The translations under genes were made by a program, and so were the position numbers. A model generated the notes under the pieces. That model did no database searches, had not been told where the DNA came from, and worked only from the letters and a program-made list of their open reading frames with translations. Shown here in pieces: positions 42,835-53,976 of a stretch of DNA of 64,000 nt (position 1 is the first letter of the stretch; every line of letters begins with the position of its first letter). The DNA lies in assembly GCA_004431415.1 (NCBI GenBank), contig QPMI01000621.1, positions 62,001 to 126,000 on the forward strand, given 5' to 3'. Origin of the DNA: Cyanophora paradoxa CCMP329. Lineage: Eukaryota > Plantae > Glaucophyta.

Positions 42835-43060
42835 TCTTCTTTCCTTCCCCACTACCATTCTCAGTAAGCCCATTATCCATTTTCAAATTTCTCAGTAAGG
42901 CTCAGTAACAAATTATAAAATAGCACTGTATTTTTCAAACATCTAACCTCTCCTTACTGGAACCAATCACGAAACCCTTTCATTCTTCATTTTTCTAATT
43001 ACTTACCATTCTCAGTAAGCCCTAAAACCCTCTCTCGATATCTCAGTAAGGACAGTAAGA
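42835..43060. repeat. Putative PLV-2 left terminal region with short CTCAGTAA(G) repeats
   Basis: CTCAGTAA occurs about five times and CCATTCTCAGTAAGCCC twice; non-coding. TIR status cannot be confirmed without the other end. Confidence 0.55.
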
Positions 43061-43210
43061 CCCTTATTTTTACAAAATGTTCCCAATCGTTTCCAAACTG
43101 TTTTCAGTTACCCAAATTGAAAAATCAAGGTGAGCCCCACCGATAGCTGTAATCACCATAAAAAATGCGTTGATCCCCACTTAAAGATTTCCCGCTATTA
43201 AGCTATAAAG

Positions 43211-43534
43211 ATGCCGAGCAATCAACTCCCACTACCCAAACGTAAGCAATGCACTATCTGCAAAGTAGATAGACCTGCATCGTGTTTTGGTTTGCGTAAA
43301 TTAAAAACTGGTAATGTCACATTAAATCCGCGATGCATCGAATGCGACCGTGACTATCACGTTGACCTGTATCACAATGTCTTAAAAACGCGTCCGAAAA
43401 TCGAAGTGCAATCGAAGATATGCTCGCACTGCAAGATTGAGAAGCTTGCAAGTGAGTTTAATAAAAGACAAAGAACGAAGGATGGTCTCAACTATCAATG
43501 CCGAGAGTGTTATAGCAAAACTCGTAAGAGTTAA
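43211..43534 (+). CDS. Small protein with two CxxC...CxxC zinc-binding repeats
   Basis: KQCTIC...RCIEC and KICSHC...DGLNYQCREC. Confidence 0.75.
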   Translation: MPSNQLPLPKRKQCTICKVDRPASCFGLRKLKTGNVTLNPRCIECDRDYHVDLYHNVLKTRPKIEVQSKICSHCKIEKLASEFNKRQRTKDGLNYQCRECYSKTRKS

Positions 43535-43751
43535 ACCGAATTTCATTTTATATTTTTTAAAGCGAGTATGTGCATGAGCAAGCATGCCGAAAATGCCCAC
43601 CTGCACAAACTCGCGACTTCAATCGAAATGTTCCATTTAATGCACTGGAACCACTCGCGCCCCGCCCACTATGCAAGATACATGCGAACAACATGCATGA
43701 TCTATGAAAAATGATAAAATGAACAGGGTAAAAATATCGACTTAAATAATA

Positions 43752-44144
43752 ATGGATTCCCGATACCGCGGCTACCACGTTATGCTCGACTATATAACCG
43801 ACCCGTTCACCGAGTCCCCGGAGGCATGCGCCGAGTGGATCACAGCAAACCTATCGCAATATATCACAGATCGCAATATGCGCATTGTGCACCAGCACAC
43901 CTGCATTTTCGATGGCTCTATTTCCCCTCCCGGTTTCGCGATCGGCTTTCTGTTAGATGAGTCGCATGCGACGGCTCACTCTTACAGCGACCAGGGGCTA
44001 TTAGCGATCGATATCTTTACATGCGGCTCAAATGCCGAAGCGAAGACAATGGGTATAGCACGGGACATTAACGATCTCATACAAGAAAGGCTAAAAGTTC
44101 GAAAGTGGGACTTACAGGTCGAGCAAAGGTTCCCAATTTCATAA
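43752..44144 (+). CDS. speD: S-adenosylmethionine decarboxylase proenzyme (short prokaryotic-type, pyruvoyl-dependent)
   Basis: G.HVMLD, LLDESH (self-cleavage E|S), AHSY...G..AIDIFTCG; 130 aa. Confidence 0.85.
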   Translation: MDSRYRGYHVMLDYITDPFTESPEACAEWITANLSQYITDRNMRIVHQHTCIFDGSISPPGFAIGFLLDESHATAHSYSDQGLLAIDIFTCGSNAEAKTMGIARDINDLIQERLKVRKWDLQVEQRFPIS

Positions 44145-44169
44145 AAAATGAAAAAAGCGACATATACAT

Positions 44170-44484
44170 TTAATGTTCCTTGATCGGAAACTTGCCCATT
44201 AGTGGGTGATCGAGACCCATGACATACCAGCATCGCATAACGGGATCCCAGCGGGCTCTCTCAGCCTTCGCTTGATCCTTAAATTCATAAGGAATATCGA
44301 GGTAAACCTTCACGTTTCTTTGATACACTTGCTCATAGCTTAGAGTTTTGAACTGAGAGCATAGGGGGTGATCTTTCTTCGTGACATACCAGCATGAATT
44401 CTCACGATCCCACTTTCCACCGAGGGATTTCGCAACGTCTTTTTTATCATAGGGAATATCAACATAATACTTTTCACCCTCCAT
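44170..44484 (-). CDS. Tandem DUF5710-like domain protein
   Basis: Two copies of Y.DIPY..KD.AK....[K/R]WD....CWYV. Confidence 0.78.
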   Translation of the reverse strand: MEGEKYYVDIPYDKKDVAKSLGGKWDRENSCWYVTKKDHPLCSQFKTLSYEQVYQRNVKVYLDIPYEFKDQAKAERARWDPVMRCWYVMGLDHPLMGKFPIKEH

Positions 44485-44497
44485 CTCTTTTATATTT

Positions 44498-44517
44498 ACC
44501 GGAGAAAATAATTTCGG
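44498..44517 (-). promoter_or_regulatory. Putative viral promoter motif CCGAAATTATTTTCTCCGGT (minus strand)
   Basis: Identical 20-mer at 50258-50277; core copies at 50827-50839 and 51410-51422; each lies shortly upstream of a minus-strand ATG. Confidence 0.65.
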
Positions 44518-44523
44518 GGTTTG

Positions 44524-45906
44524 TTATGAACGAGATGACCGAAGAATGCGCGTAGTAGGGGCTGTATAGCTTGCGCTCTGATTCTTGAATGATTTATACC
44601 ACCGCTGACTGTTTACCTCTGAGAGCTTCTCAGTGCCGGCAATCGTTAATTTCGCGAGCTCTCTAAGCGCCCTCTTAGTCTTCTCCGCGCGATCTTCCAA
44701 TAATGCGCCTTTCGGAACACTTGCGGCGACATCTATGCCTTCTTTTTGAACCTGCCGGATAGAAGCGGCTTCCATTTCGGCTGCTTTGATTGCGTTGCCT
44801 GATGGTTCCACCACAGCTTCGACCTCTGTAATGATCTGCAATTCGTGCGGCTTAAAAAGCTTCGGCATTACGTTCCCCGCTGCATCTTGCACCTCTATCG
44901 CGTTTCCTCTCCTTTTCGCAATTTTGTAGACCTCTCGGCTATACCTTTGGGTCGCTCCTTTATCAAACTTTGATCTCGGCAATAATACACGGACGTGGAG
45001 ACCCGGCTTAAAGTCGCTGAATATATCCTTTACGATTGTGTTCTTCTTTGAAATAATAGCCGCTCGGATCCGCTCCATATCAGAAAGCTTAACATCTGCG
45101 GGTTTCATTCCTATGGTTCTGTGAATGGTGTTATTATAATTGAAAACGAAGTCGTCCAATTTGTCCATGAATCGAACTGTATTATAAGCGACACAGTAAT
45201 TGTTTATCATCGTTTTTAAGGTCAAATGAAAGCGATTCATTATTCCCAGAGAAGTGTGATCTCCGACCTGTTTAAAGCGGTGTTCTATTCCATTATTTTT
45301 AACGACCTCCTGAAACTCCTTCGCGATGAATTCCGAACCGTTATCTGTCTCCAATCGAATCATCGGAGCCGGGAGCTCTGTGAGCATCTCCGCAAAAGCG
45401 GCGGCAACACTTGCGCCCTCCTTATTCTTTAACTTCTTGGCATATGCTTTTCGGCTTGTCATCTCGATGAGAGTAAGGACTGCAATGTAGCCGGAATTAT
45501 AATTGCCATATGAGAGATAAAAGATGAGATCTGCTTGGTAGCACCACGGCGGGGCTGTGATGGGAATAAAAGCGGTTTGGGTCGGTGCGGGGGGCTTCTT
45601 GTTGATCTGCATAAATTCTTGTTTCGCTGCGACATCTTGCACTTCTTTCAATGTGAGGGTCTTGTCCTCTTTTCTCAGTTCTTCGTATATTGCGGATGGG
45701 TTCTTAAAACCTGTCTTCGGGTCATACATGCGTCGCACGATCTTAGAGGACGGGTTCGCAATGCTAAAAGGAACATCTCCTAATAAATTTGATTTTGCTT
45801 GGCGTTTTGTAATTTTTTGGGGGACTTGCTCAGTCTCAGGAACCGCGATAGGTAGTATGGTAGTCTCCGTCTCCTCGCCCGCTACCCTTCTGACGATCCG
45901 TGACAT
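44524..45906 (-). CDS. Polinton-type rve integrase (third catalytic position reads N)
   Basis: YDPKTG, YQADLIF, LETDNGSEF, GIMNRFHLTLK, YNNTIHRTIGMKP, YSREVYKI. Confidence 0.9.
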   Translation of the reverse strand: MSRIVRRVAGEETETTILPIAVPETEQVPQKITKRQAKSNLLGDVPFSIANPSSKIVRRMYDPKTGFKNPSAIYEELRKEDKTLTLKEVQDVAAKQEFMQINKKPPAPTQTAFIPITAPPWCYQADLIFYLSYGNYNSGYIAVLTLIEMTSRKAYAKKLKNKEGASVAAAFAEMLTELPAPMIRLETDNGSEFIAKEFQEVVKNNGIEHRFKQVGDHTSLGIMNRFHLTLKTMINNYCVAYNTVRFMDKLDDFVFNYNNTIHRTIGMKPADVKLSDMERIRAAIISKKNTIVKDIFSDFKPGLHVRVLLPRSKFDKGATQRYSREVYKIAKRRGNAIEVQDAAGNVMPKLFKPHELQIITEVEAVVEPSGNAIKAAEMEAASIRQVQKEGIDVAASVPKGALLEDRAEKTKRALRELAKLTIAGTEKLSEVNSQRWYKSFKNQSASYTAPTTRILRSSRS

Positions 45907-45925
45907 TTCTTCTAATTAAACCTGT

Positions 45926-48900
45926 TTATTTTTTGCTGCAATTGCACCCGTGATGCGCGAGTTGACAATTGTCTTTAAGATGTGGGCGCCTGTTGTTTAT
46001 GCGATCCACGACGAGCCTGTAATTCGGATCTTGCGGATCAATCGGAATCGGAAGGGAACAGATCGCACATGCGCCCTTCTGTTGCTTCTTGCGCTCTAAT
46101 ATCCACTCCGGCGTAATATAATCCGCCTCGTCGAAATCGCGCCCGGCGCGCTGATCCTGGCATTTATAACCGCGGATCTTCGTTTTCAGATATTCGATGT
46201 AGTCGCTCTTTCCTTGGAACTTGTGAATCGGTGTATAAATCAGCACAGTGGACAGATCGCGGTTACGAGTGAGAGCGGTATAGAACCATTCGCGAGTGGT
46301 ATAGCGGAACGTAGCCTCACAAATGACAATGCCCGAATCAAGTGTGAGACCTTGCGTTGAATGACCTGTTCCTGCATAAGGGAGAGAAAAATGTTCTAAC
46401 ATCGCGCACGGAACCTCGAACGTGACGCCATCGAAAACGTCAGTTAATGTGACCATTTGCTTGGTGATTTTGGTGATTCGATAGGTGTAATTTGTGTATG
46501 CATTAATAGACTCACCCTCAGACCGCGAAATGCGTAGATACCTGCGACAAACGACTTCCAGACCCTTGTAGAATTTGATTCCGTTGACCTCTACGGTTGC
46601 AATATTTACTTTTCGTCTATCGTGCATCAGTTTGTTATAGGCTAAGGTCATTTCGTTTCTGTAAGCGATGCCAAAGTAGCCGTCGGGAATAGCGTTAAGA
46701 TCATTAATTGTCGGTAAGCCGTATTTCGAGATAATCTGTGCGGCTTCGAGTCCGTTTTCGAAGAGATCCTCTTTAATCGCCCGAATTAATTCACGGTCTG
46801 TCTCCTTCTTGTGCCGCTTGTTAATGCGTAGACTCAGGACGTTAGGGAACATGCTCTGCACAGCGCGCTTATAGTAGCCCTTGCGATCAGAAACCGATAG
46901 CTCATCATTAATCGGTTCGTTCTGATAGGTATCGCCATTAGCCAAATATTTGATATCCGGATAGCGATCGATAAACGACTTGATCTTAGCGAGATCTTTT
47001 ACAGAATACGCGAATATCTCGTCGAACATAATGTGGCTGAACTCGGAGACAAACGCCCTCTGGTCTTTTTCGCTCATAGCCTCTTCGTAGGTCTGATCAT
47101 TTGAGACACGGATCCCGAGAACATTATACAAAGTGCGAACGGTAATATTCTCGATTCCGCGGACTTTGAGAGAGTCCCTCAGCTCTGCGCACTGTTTGTT
47201 ATAGGGGCAAATGACTAAGCAATTTGACTTTTGAGAGGCAAAGCAATTAATACCGAGGGTCGACTTTCCACTTCCGGGCATGTCAGCAAGGACAAGCATA
47301 CGATTATGGAGCTCCGCAACCCAATTAAAGCACTCCGGATTAAATTCGTCCCTCAGCGAGAACCGGTTAATGAGTGTGTCGGGATCCTGAAATTCGAGAG
47401 TTACACCCCGTGGTGGGCGGAGTGCATTCTCAGGGCATCTTTTCCCGGGAATATAGCTGAATTTGCCCATGTTCTCAAACGCATTTCGGTCGAACTCTTT
47501 CTTACTTGTCCATGAACCTTCGATATATAGGCAATCCGTTCTGATCCCGGCAACCTTGTGCCCGCGCGCTGTCAGGCGCTTGTATTGCGCAAACATATTA
47601 GCACGGTTACGATCGTAAATATGAAAGTGGATAGGAAGGAATCCGTTAACGAGCTCGCGGTGGGAGCTGATCTTAACGAAATAGATGTGACCTTCGAATT
47701 CGCTAAGAGTTTTGACACGTTTCGAATTCTTAGGATTGAAAGTAAACACCTCTACTGTTCCTCCGCATTCTTGGGCGAACCTCTCAGCCTCGGCACGGTT
47801 GTAGAACATTTTCGTGGATGTTTGCGAGTCTTGGAATTTGCCGAGCATTCCGATCTCTTTCACTAAAATGTGTTTCTTGTCCGTGGTTTGAATGTCACTT
47901 GAAAGCACTTTCTTCATCTCAGCGATCGACGTATTGGGCACCAAATGCGAAGGCTCCGCGACCGCGATAATCTCTATCTTGTCCTTTACGTCCGCCCAAT
48001 GCATGGAGAGAGTGTAGCCTGTCATGAAATTATAACAGCGACCACTCACGGAAAATGCGCGATCCAGAATAATTTCGATTCCATCAATCTTGCGAGACAT
48101 GGCGGCATCATAATCTACATCCTCATCATCGGCGAAAGTCGCTTGCTCTCTCTCAAACGCAACAACACGCACGTAGTAGATCGCGTATTCGAGAATATCG
48201 CTTCCCGCTTTAAAGGGAACGAAGTCATCGAATACATTGTATTTCGGAAGATATTGCATGCCTTTTAGAATCGAAGGGTAGCACTTCGCCATATCGACAG
48301 CTGTGTAGGTGGCTTTCGGGTTCGGCTTATAGAAAAAGCCGCTTAGTGCGGATCGCTTGTAGTGCGTGAGAATTTCGCGCATGTTCGGGCTGTAATGTGA
48401 GATATTCGTCGCATTTAGTAGCGACTCGCGGAACCCCTTACCGATTTCACAGACCTTATTATAATACTCCTCTGTTTCGAAATCTTGCTCAATAAAGTGG
48501 TCGGTTGTGCGTGGATCTTTGATAGAGAACATCGAGCCATTAGCTTTGAATGTGATGCTGTCGATCTGTTTCGATGGTGTTAGCTTCACAGCGGGCTCAT
48601 ATCGCATTTTCAGGAACGTAAATAGAAGACCTTCCAGACCTTCGCGCCCAGTATAAAGAATGCGGATGAAACTGCGCTCGTCGGGCGATAGTTTAAGTTG
48701 CGTGATCTTTAACAAATCCTTGGATGTGTGCGCGAAGATATCGTGAGTAAGACACGTCGGAATTTTATAGAGTGCTAACGAAGAGGTCGACTTAGGAACA
48801 TGATTATCGCGCTCTTCGACCTCCATCTTCGCCATGCGCATTTCGAGCGACTTGATGTTATCGTTGAATATATAGATGTGCTTGTTGTGAATCATAAAGT

Positions 48901-50235
48901 GAATATTGCGGGGAAAGATGTTTTTGTTAATTGATTCCGCCGCGAATTTGTGTATTAACTTTCCGTCGACATCAAAGACGCGGAAGCCTGTCTGAATTCT
49001 CTTACAGAATTTCTCGATATGGCGGAGGGTGAGAGCCAGAGAGTCGCCAGGTGTGCGTTCGCGACCGTGAAAGAATTTATAGAGACCGTCGTAGGACATA
49101 GTTAAGTCAGTATATCGCGGTTTTGGCGCGTCCTGACACTTCTTAATGGACGCTCCCCATGTGGAGATGATCATATCGTATCCGCAAGCGTTAGATGTAG
49201 ATGATTTGGGAAGCTCAATAACATCTTCGAACTCAGACGCGTTTGGATTTAATGTGTAGTCTGTGAATTTGCTCATAATCGCGGTGCATCGCATACTGTC
49301 CATTAGCTCATCATCCAGGAACTCATAGCGATTGCCAGGGATAGCACCGGCTCCGTCATCTTCGACACCTTCGTCCCCATCGATCACGACCTCATGAACA
49401 GTTATAAAGGCATCATCGACACTGCCGCCAAAATCATCGAAACCTTTGCGTAGTTTTTTCTGTTCCTCGGTTGGTGGTGTCTTAAAGAAGAACATCTCGT
49501 ATGCTTGTCCGAAAGTTCCCAGACGAATCTTCAATTCATCGTAGTTTTCGAGTAAATCGAAGATTGAATCTCTCTCTTCCGAATAATAACGATTTTGAGC
49601 GGTGAGAATTCCATACACTCTATCGATTTTTGCCAGAGCAAAGCTTCGCAACACACTCACCGAAACTGTCTCTCTTATATTGCGGTAGGTGACAAAGGAA
49701 CTGTCTGGTATATTTAATTCGGGAATTCCGGGAATAACAATTACCTCCGAAGACCGAGCACCGGATCCAGGTCCCCATAGCTTGAACGTAATTGTTGCGA
49801 GAGTTTCCGGATCGTATGCGGCGATTGGATCGAGAATAGTGCGTTTAATCGCATCCTCTACCGCTTTTAGTTTACCTCTCTGCTGCTTCGCTTCGAGTTT
49901 CGCTTCTTTCGCCCGTTTCTGTTCTCGTTTGCGATCGAAGCGCTGTAAACGCTTCGCCTCTTGTTCTTTTTGCTTTTGCTTTTCTATATTAACTTGGGTG
50001 CGAGCGGCGCGCTTCTCTTTCCGCTCTGCCCTGCGGAAAACGCGGGGATTAATGATTCCATTCAGAGTGTCCCGAATGTCGATCAGCGTTTGGAGCTTGG
50101 GCTTCCGATTCATTGTGTTGTGCATCGCCCAATGCGCCTGTTCTTCGGTTAGCAAATCCTGACTCAATCCCTGCATAATGTATCCGATAATTCGTCCCGA
50201 ACATTGTTAGCGATTCTGTTGGTTGCGCGCGGCAT
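45926..50235 (-). CDS. Derived family B polymerase fused to an SF1 helicase and a C-terminal HNH/Zn-finger domain
   Basis: DMAKCYPS (motif A), KKHIL..EIGMLGK (B-like), GIRTDCLY (C); PGSGKS, FDEI, GD.YQ, GHSTQGLT, YTALTR (SF1); CAIC...VDRINN..PH.KDNC......CN. Track ORF starts at 50176; ATG 50235 joins it if one G is missing near 50196. Confidence 0.85.
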
Positions 50236-50404
50236 CTCTATTAGTTCTTTTAAAATAACCGGAGAAAATAATTTCGGCGCAATCTACCAAATTCTCCTTT
50301 TCATACCCTTGTCGCCAATTCTTTAAGTGCTTTTTTGACGGATGCGGGGAATAAAAAGAGAGTTAAAAAATTAATCATTTTTTGCATCGTGCGGATACTT
50401 TCCG

Positions 50405-50818
50405 CTACGAAGTTTTTGCGTTCTCGACGACATGCTTTCGGGGTCTTCCAGCGGGCTTTTGCGGTTGGGGTTTAGCGGGCGGATTCAGCTTTCGTTCCGC
50501 TCTTTTCCTGCGTTGGTATTCCCTTGCCTTCTCTCGGATTTTCTCCCGATACTCTTCATCGTCTTGGTATCGCTGCTGTTTACGAATTGCGATCTTTTGT
50601 AGCTGTTCCGGTGTGAATATAGTAGCCTGTCCGGCGGCTAATCGCTCTTGCTTTTGTCTCTGATGCTTGTTTCGCTGCCGCTCGGCGTCTTTTTCGCGTT
50701 TCAGTCTTAATCTCTCCGCCTTCTCCTCTTCTGTGATCACCTTCTTCGGTCGCCCGGGTCTGCGCTTTTCCTGCTGTGCCGCCATTGCCTCTTGGTTTGA
50801 AATCTTGGGTTTCGCCAT
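50405..50818 (-). CDS. Basic protein with two AT-hook motifs
   Basis: RRPGRPKK and PAGRPRK flank a highly charged helix. Confidence 0.75.
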   Translation of the reverse strand: MAKPKISNQEAMAAQQEKRRPGRPKKVITEEEKAERLRLKREKDAERQRNKHQRQKQERLAAGQATIFTPEQLQKIAIRKQQRYQDDEEYREKIREKAREYQRRKRAERKLNPPAKPQPQKPAGRPRKHVVENAKTS

Positions 50819-50942
50819 TTACTTTAACCGGAGAAAATAGTTTTTTGTCACTCTGTATTATTTCCCTTGCCCTTATATACCTTTTACCGAAACCTTCATT
50901 TTTTGCCCTCGGATCGATAAAAGCGCCACCGAAATTCACCGC

Positions 50943-51380
50943 TCAATAACCGTTCCAGACGGTTCGTTCTTGTTGCTGAGGATATACATAAGGTTGCTGA
51001 GGATAAACATAAGGGTTCGTTACATTTTCATCGTCGCCTAATGCCATTTGATCCAATCTATACATCGGATAAGGTGAATCAGCGCGAAAATGCCCTTCCA
51101 CAAATTCAGGACATGAGCGCCTTCTAATATGCTCTACATGCACATCCTCTATCTGAGAGGTTTCGATATTGGAACTCATAGCCGCGGGCACAGGAGAGGG
51201 CGATCGAGAACGTTGGTGGTTGTGATTGTCGCTGTGGTTGGAATATACAGAAAGGCGCCTACCTCCATTATCCTCGCCATCTGATATTTCGATTTCTACG
51301 GTTGTGTCACAGCATGGACTGTGGCAATTAGACACGACATGAAGCTGAAACATCTCAATGCATTGTGTGATGAAATTCAT
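50943..51380 (-). CDS. Small conserved S-x-CC protein (homolog of 4139..4471)
   Basis: Shared N-terminal ~35 aa; preceded by a promoter-motif variant. Confidence 0.8.
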   Translation of the reverse strand: MNFITQCIEMFQLHVVSNCHSPCCDTTVEIEISDGEDNGGRRLSVYSNHSDNHNHQRSRSPSPVPAAMSSNIETSQIEDVHVEHIRRRSCPEFVEGHFRADSPYPMYRLDQMALGDDENVTNPYVYPQQPYVYPQQQERTVWNGY

Positions 51381-51429
51381 CGATCCTACAAGGACGCAAC
51401 GTATTAAATATCGGAGAAAATAAAAGGGA

Positions 51430-51588
51430 ATGAGGCTATTGCTTGCTCGTGTGTTTCCTTATGAGTTGGTCGACCTTATAATGCTGTTTACAGAACCCAC
51501 ATGCCCGTTTTGCAAGGGCGTTCATATTAAGACCCGCTCTAAATACGGGCGGGTTCAGCTTTGCCTTGCGGATATTCACAGTCATTAG
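51430..51588 (+). CDS. Possible 52-aa CxxC microprotein (below the ORF-track cutoff)
   Basis: ATG...TAG filling the intergenic gap: MRLLLARVFPYELVDLIMLFTEPTCPFCKGVH... Confidence 0.35.
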   Translation: MRLLLARVFPYELVDLIMLFTEPTCPFCKGVHIKTRSKYGRVQLCLADIHSH

Positions 51589-52268
51589 CGGATATGGCGT
51601 TTACCACCGAGCATCGCCGCGAAATTCGCTGGTGCAGTCGGCACTATATGTGCATATTGCGGGGCAACCGATTGCTGACGCGTTACGGCTTGCGCATCTG
51701 TCTTTTCCTCCTTTTTAATCTCCTCTACGTCGACCTTTTGCTTTAATCCGAGTTTCGAGATCTCTTTCTTTACGAGACCCTTTAATTTCTTGCGTTCGTT
51801 ATAATCTTGCATCCATTTCTCGTAGTTTGACACTTTCATTTCAAGGTCTCGCACTTTCTCTTCGAAGCTCATGACAACGTCGACAGGAACTGTGTGTTTT
51901 TGATAGGATCCGCGCTTTTTGAGCTCAGTTTCGGCGGCTTTCGGGACGTCTTGCGTTTTGTGCTGGCTTGCGACAACTTGCGCTTTTAATACTTTGTCGG
52001 TTGCTTCATCGACGGAGCCGCCTCCAATCTGTGGTTTTACAGTAGCTAAATCCTCCATTTGGCGTTTACCGCTATCTTGGTTTCCCTTGTCCGCGGTGGC
52101 ACTCGCAATAATCGCCTCTTGCTTGGCGACCTCCTCTGGCGAAGTGTCTATAAGATATTCGGGCATTTCGAGACCGCCGCCCGACGTTAATCCAGACTCT
52201 TCAAGTCCGCGATTAGGATTACCAGAAGCGACCGTTTGAATGGTTTGAGGCTTCTTTCGGTAGACCAT
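51585..52268 (-). CDS. Conserved coiled-coil protein (homolog of 18747..19376)
   Basis: KVRDLE.KVSNYEKWMQDYNER; ends MLGGKRHIR; directly downstream of the ATPase. Confidence 0.75.
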   Translation of the reverse strand: MVYRKKPQTIQTVASGNPNRGLEESGLTSGGGLEMPEYLIDTSPEEVAKQEAIIASATADKGNQDSGKRQMEDLATVKPQIGGGSVDEATDKVLKAQVVASQHKTQDVPKAAETELKKRGSYQKHTVPVDVVMSFEEKVRDLEMKVSNYEKWMQDYNERKKLKGLVKKEISKLGLKQKVDVEEIKKEEKTDAQAVTRQQSVAPQYAHIVPTAPANFAAMLGGKRHIR

Positions 52269-52270
52269 GA

Positions 52271-53137
52271 TTATCTTTTCTTACACTTGATTAACATTTT
52301 CTTTTTCTTGGGCGAAATTTGCGAAAGTTTGGGGATACCTTCAAGCTCACGCTCAAATTTGGATAAAGTTTTGCATACAGTTGTCGAATCTTTGACAGGC
52401 GGCGGTTTTGATGCTTGCTCCTCTTGCTGTTTGCGCTTCTTTTCTTCAAAAGCCGCCCGCTTGTGGAATTTAGTAAACGGATGGTCATCGATCATATCGG
52501 CTTTTTCGACCCACCATCGCACAGAATACCCCGTATTATCGTGAATGATCGCTTGGTAGCTATGACAGAATTCTTGGAACATGCGCTTAAAACTCTCTTT
52601 ATCCATGTTCCCGAACTCTTCGTGATATGCTTCAAACTCTCGCATGTTTGACCAGCTTAGGAATATGATATACTCCGCATTGCTGCGAATGATCGTTGAA
52701 AGCTTTGTTAGTTTCTGCGATATTAAAGCCACGCTGCAAAAAGTATGACGACCTTGCGCCATCAATTTATTTAGCAAATGATCGCGCGAAAGATCGATCG
52801 TTCCGGACTCCAAACAATCGTCGAGCACAATGAGAATATTCTTTGGTTTCTTACCCGCAATGATGGCTTTTTTGCGGGCTTCTATGATCGACTCTACATA
52901 TTCCGGTTTCCAGGTATCATGCACTTCGTCTGTAATTTGTCCCCAGAAACCGTTGAAACTCGTTGGACAAAAGACCAGAACGTATGAGATCTGGTCTTCG
53001 AGTTCTTTGATCAGCCACTTTAAGAATACCGATTTACCACAATTGGTTTTCGCCAATAGGAGAAATCGTGCGGGAAGTTTCACCCTCTGTTTCGGGTTCC
53101 ATTCTTCGAGATCTATGGGCGTCGTCCCTTTTTGCAT
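52271..53137 (-). CDS. A32-like packaging ATPase
   Basis: AKTNCGKS, LIVLDD, QGRH...ISQ, IRSNAEY. Confidence 0.9.
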   Translation of the reverse strand: MQKGTTPIDLEEWNPKQRVKLPARFLLLAKTNCGKSVFLKWLIKELEDQISYVLVFCPTSFNGFWGQITDEVHDTWKPEYVESIIEARKKAIIAGKKPKNILIVLDDCLESGTIDLSRDHLLNKLMAQGRHTFCSVALISQKLTKLSTIIRSNAEYIIFLSWSNMREFEAYHEEFGNMDKESFKRMFQEFCHSYQAIIHDNTGYSVRWWVEKADMIDDHPFTKFHKRAAFEEKKRKQQEEQASKPPPVKDSTTVCKTLSKFERELEGIPKLSQISPKKKKMLIKCKKR

Positions 53138-53187
53138 TCTTTCACTATAAAAACAATAGAAAAATAAGACTGAATGTGGTAATTGGT

Positions 53188-53904
53188 TTAGATTTCGTTT
53201 AGGATCGCTTTATCACCCAGAATTGCGGCGGCTTTCTCATTGTAAAATCGAGCTGCGTCTTCCTTTGTGTCACATATTTTGCGCCATCTCTGTTTGTTAT
53301 GCATGAAACTCGCTTCCCACTTTCCAGATCTCGTTTGATTGACACCACGATAACCACTCGAATTCGTTGATTTCAGCAATCTACGAGTTAGATTTACAGG
53401 ATCCACATCATTAAGAACCGCAAGATCGCCGAACAGTTCGGTTGCTTTTGCATTGTATGCTGCTGCGGCTTCTTCTTTCGTGTTGAAGCATCCGAGATTA
53501 TAAGAAATTCCGTTCTTTTGAATTTCAGCTCTCCATTTTCCAGTGTCTTTTCTCTGCATCACTCCTTTGAGACCTGACTTATTTGTTCGTCTCACGCCTG
53601 TGTTAATGACGCTCTCTTGCGGGGTTAAAAAGCGAAGATTGCAACGCCTATTATCCAATTTATCTCTGCTAATGTGATCTACAAAGTGCCCATCGCGGCT
53701 TCCCATAATCCACTTGTGCATGTCAATATTCTTGCCCTTTCCAACATAGCCCCATGCGTAACCTCTGACATTATGAAAATACCACTTACTGATTTTAGTG
53801 ACATGCTCATAGTCTGCTTCATCGACAAGCGCAAATTTGCCTTCTCCATGCTTTCCATTAAGTGCAATTCGCCTAATGCCTTCCATTTGTCCGCCGTATT
53901 CCAT
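53188..53904 (-). CDS. HNH endonuclease with two AP2 domains
   Basis: VDHISRDKLDNRRCNLR; SGLKGV...KWRAEI...EEAAAAYN and SGYRGV...KWEA...EDAARFYN. Confidence 0.9.
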   Translation of the reverse strand: MEYGGQMEGIRRIALNGKHGEGKFALVDEADYEHVTKISKWYFHNVRGYAWGYVGKGKNIDMHKWIMGSRDGHFVDHISRDKLDNRRCNLRFLTPQESVINTGVRRTNKSGLKGVMQRKDTGKWRAEIQKNGISYNLGCFNTKEEAAAAYNAKATELFGDLAVLNDVDPVNLTRRLLKSTNSSGYRGVNQTRSGKWEASFMHNKQRWRKICDTKEDAARFYNEKAAAILGDKAILNEI

Positions 53905-53976
53905 AATACTGTAAATTGTCTTGTCCTTAAATGGGCAAAAGATAAAAAGAACGTCATTTTTTGTCCGACGAATTCC

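Noticed and set aside
37160-42886. Long antisense ORFs over the retroelement
   Set aside because: Shadow ORFs of GC-rich coding sequence with no motifs.
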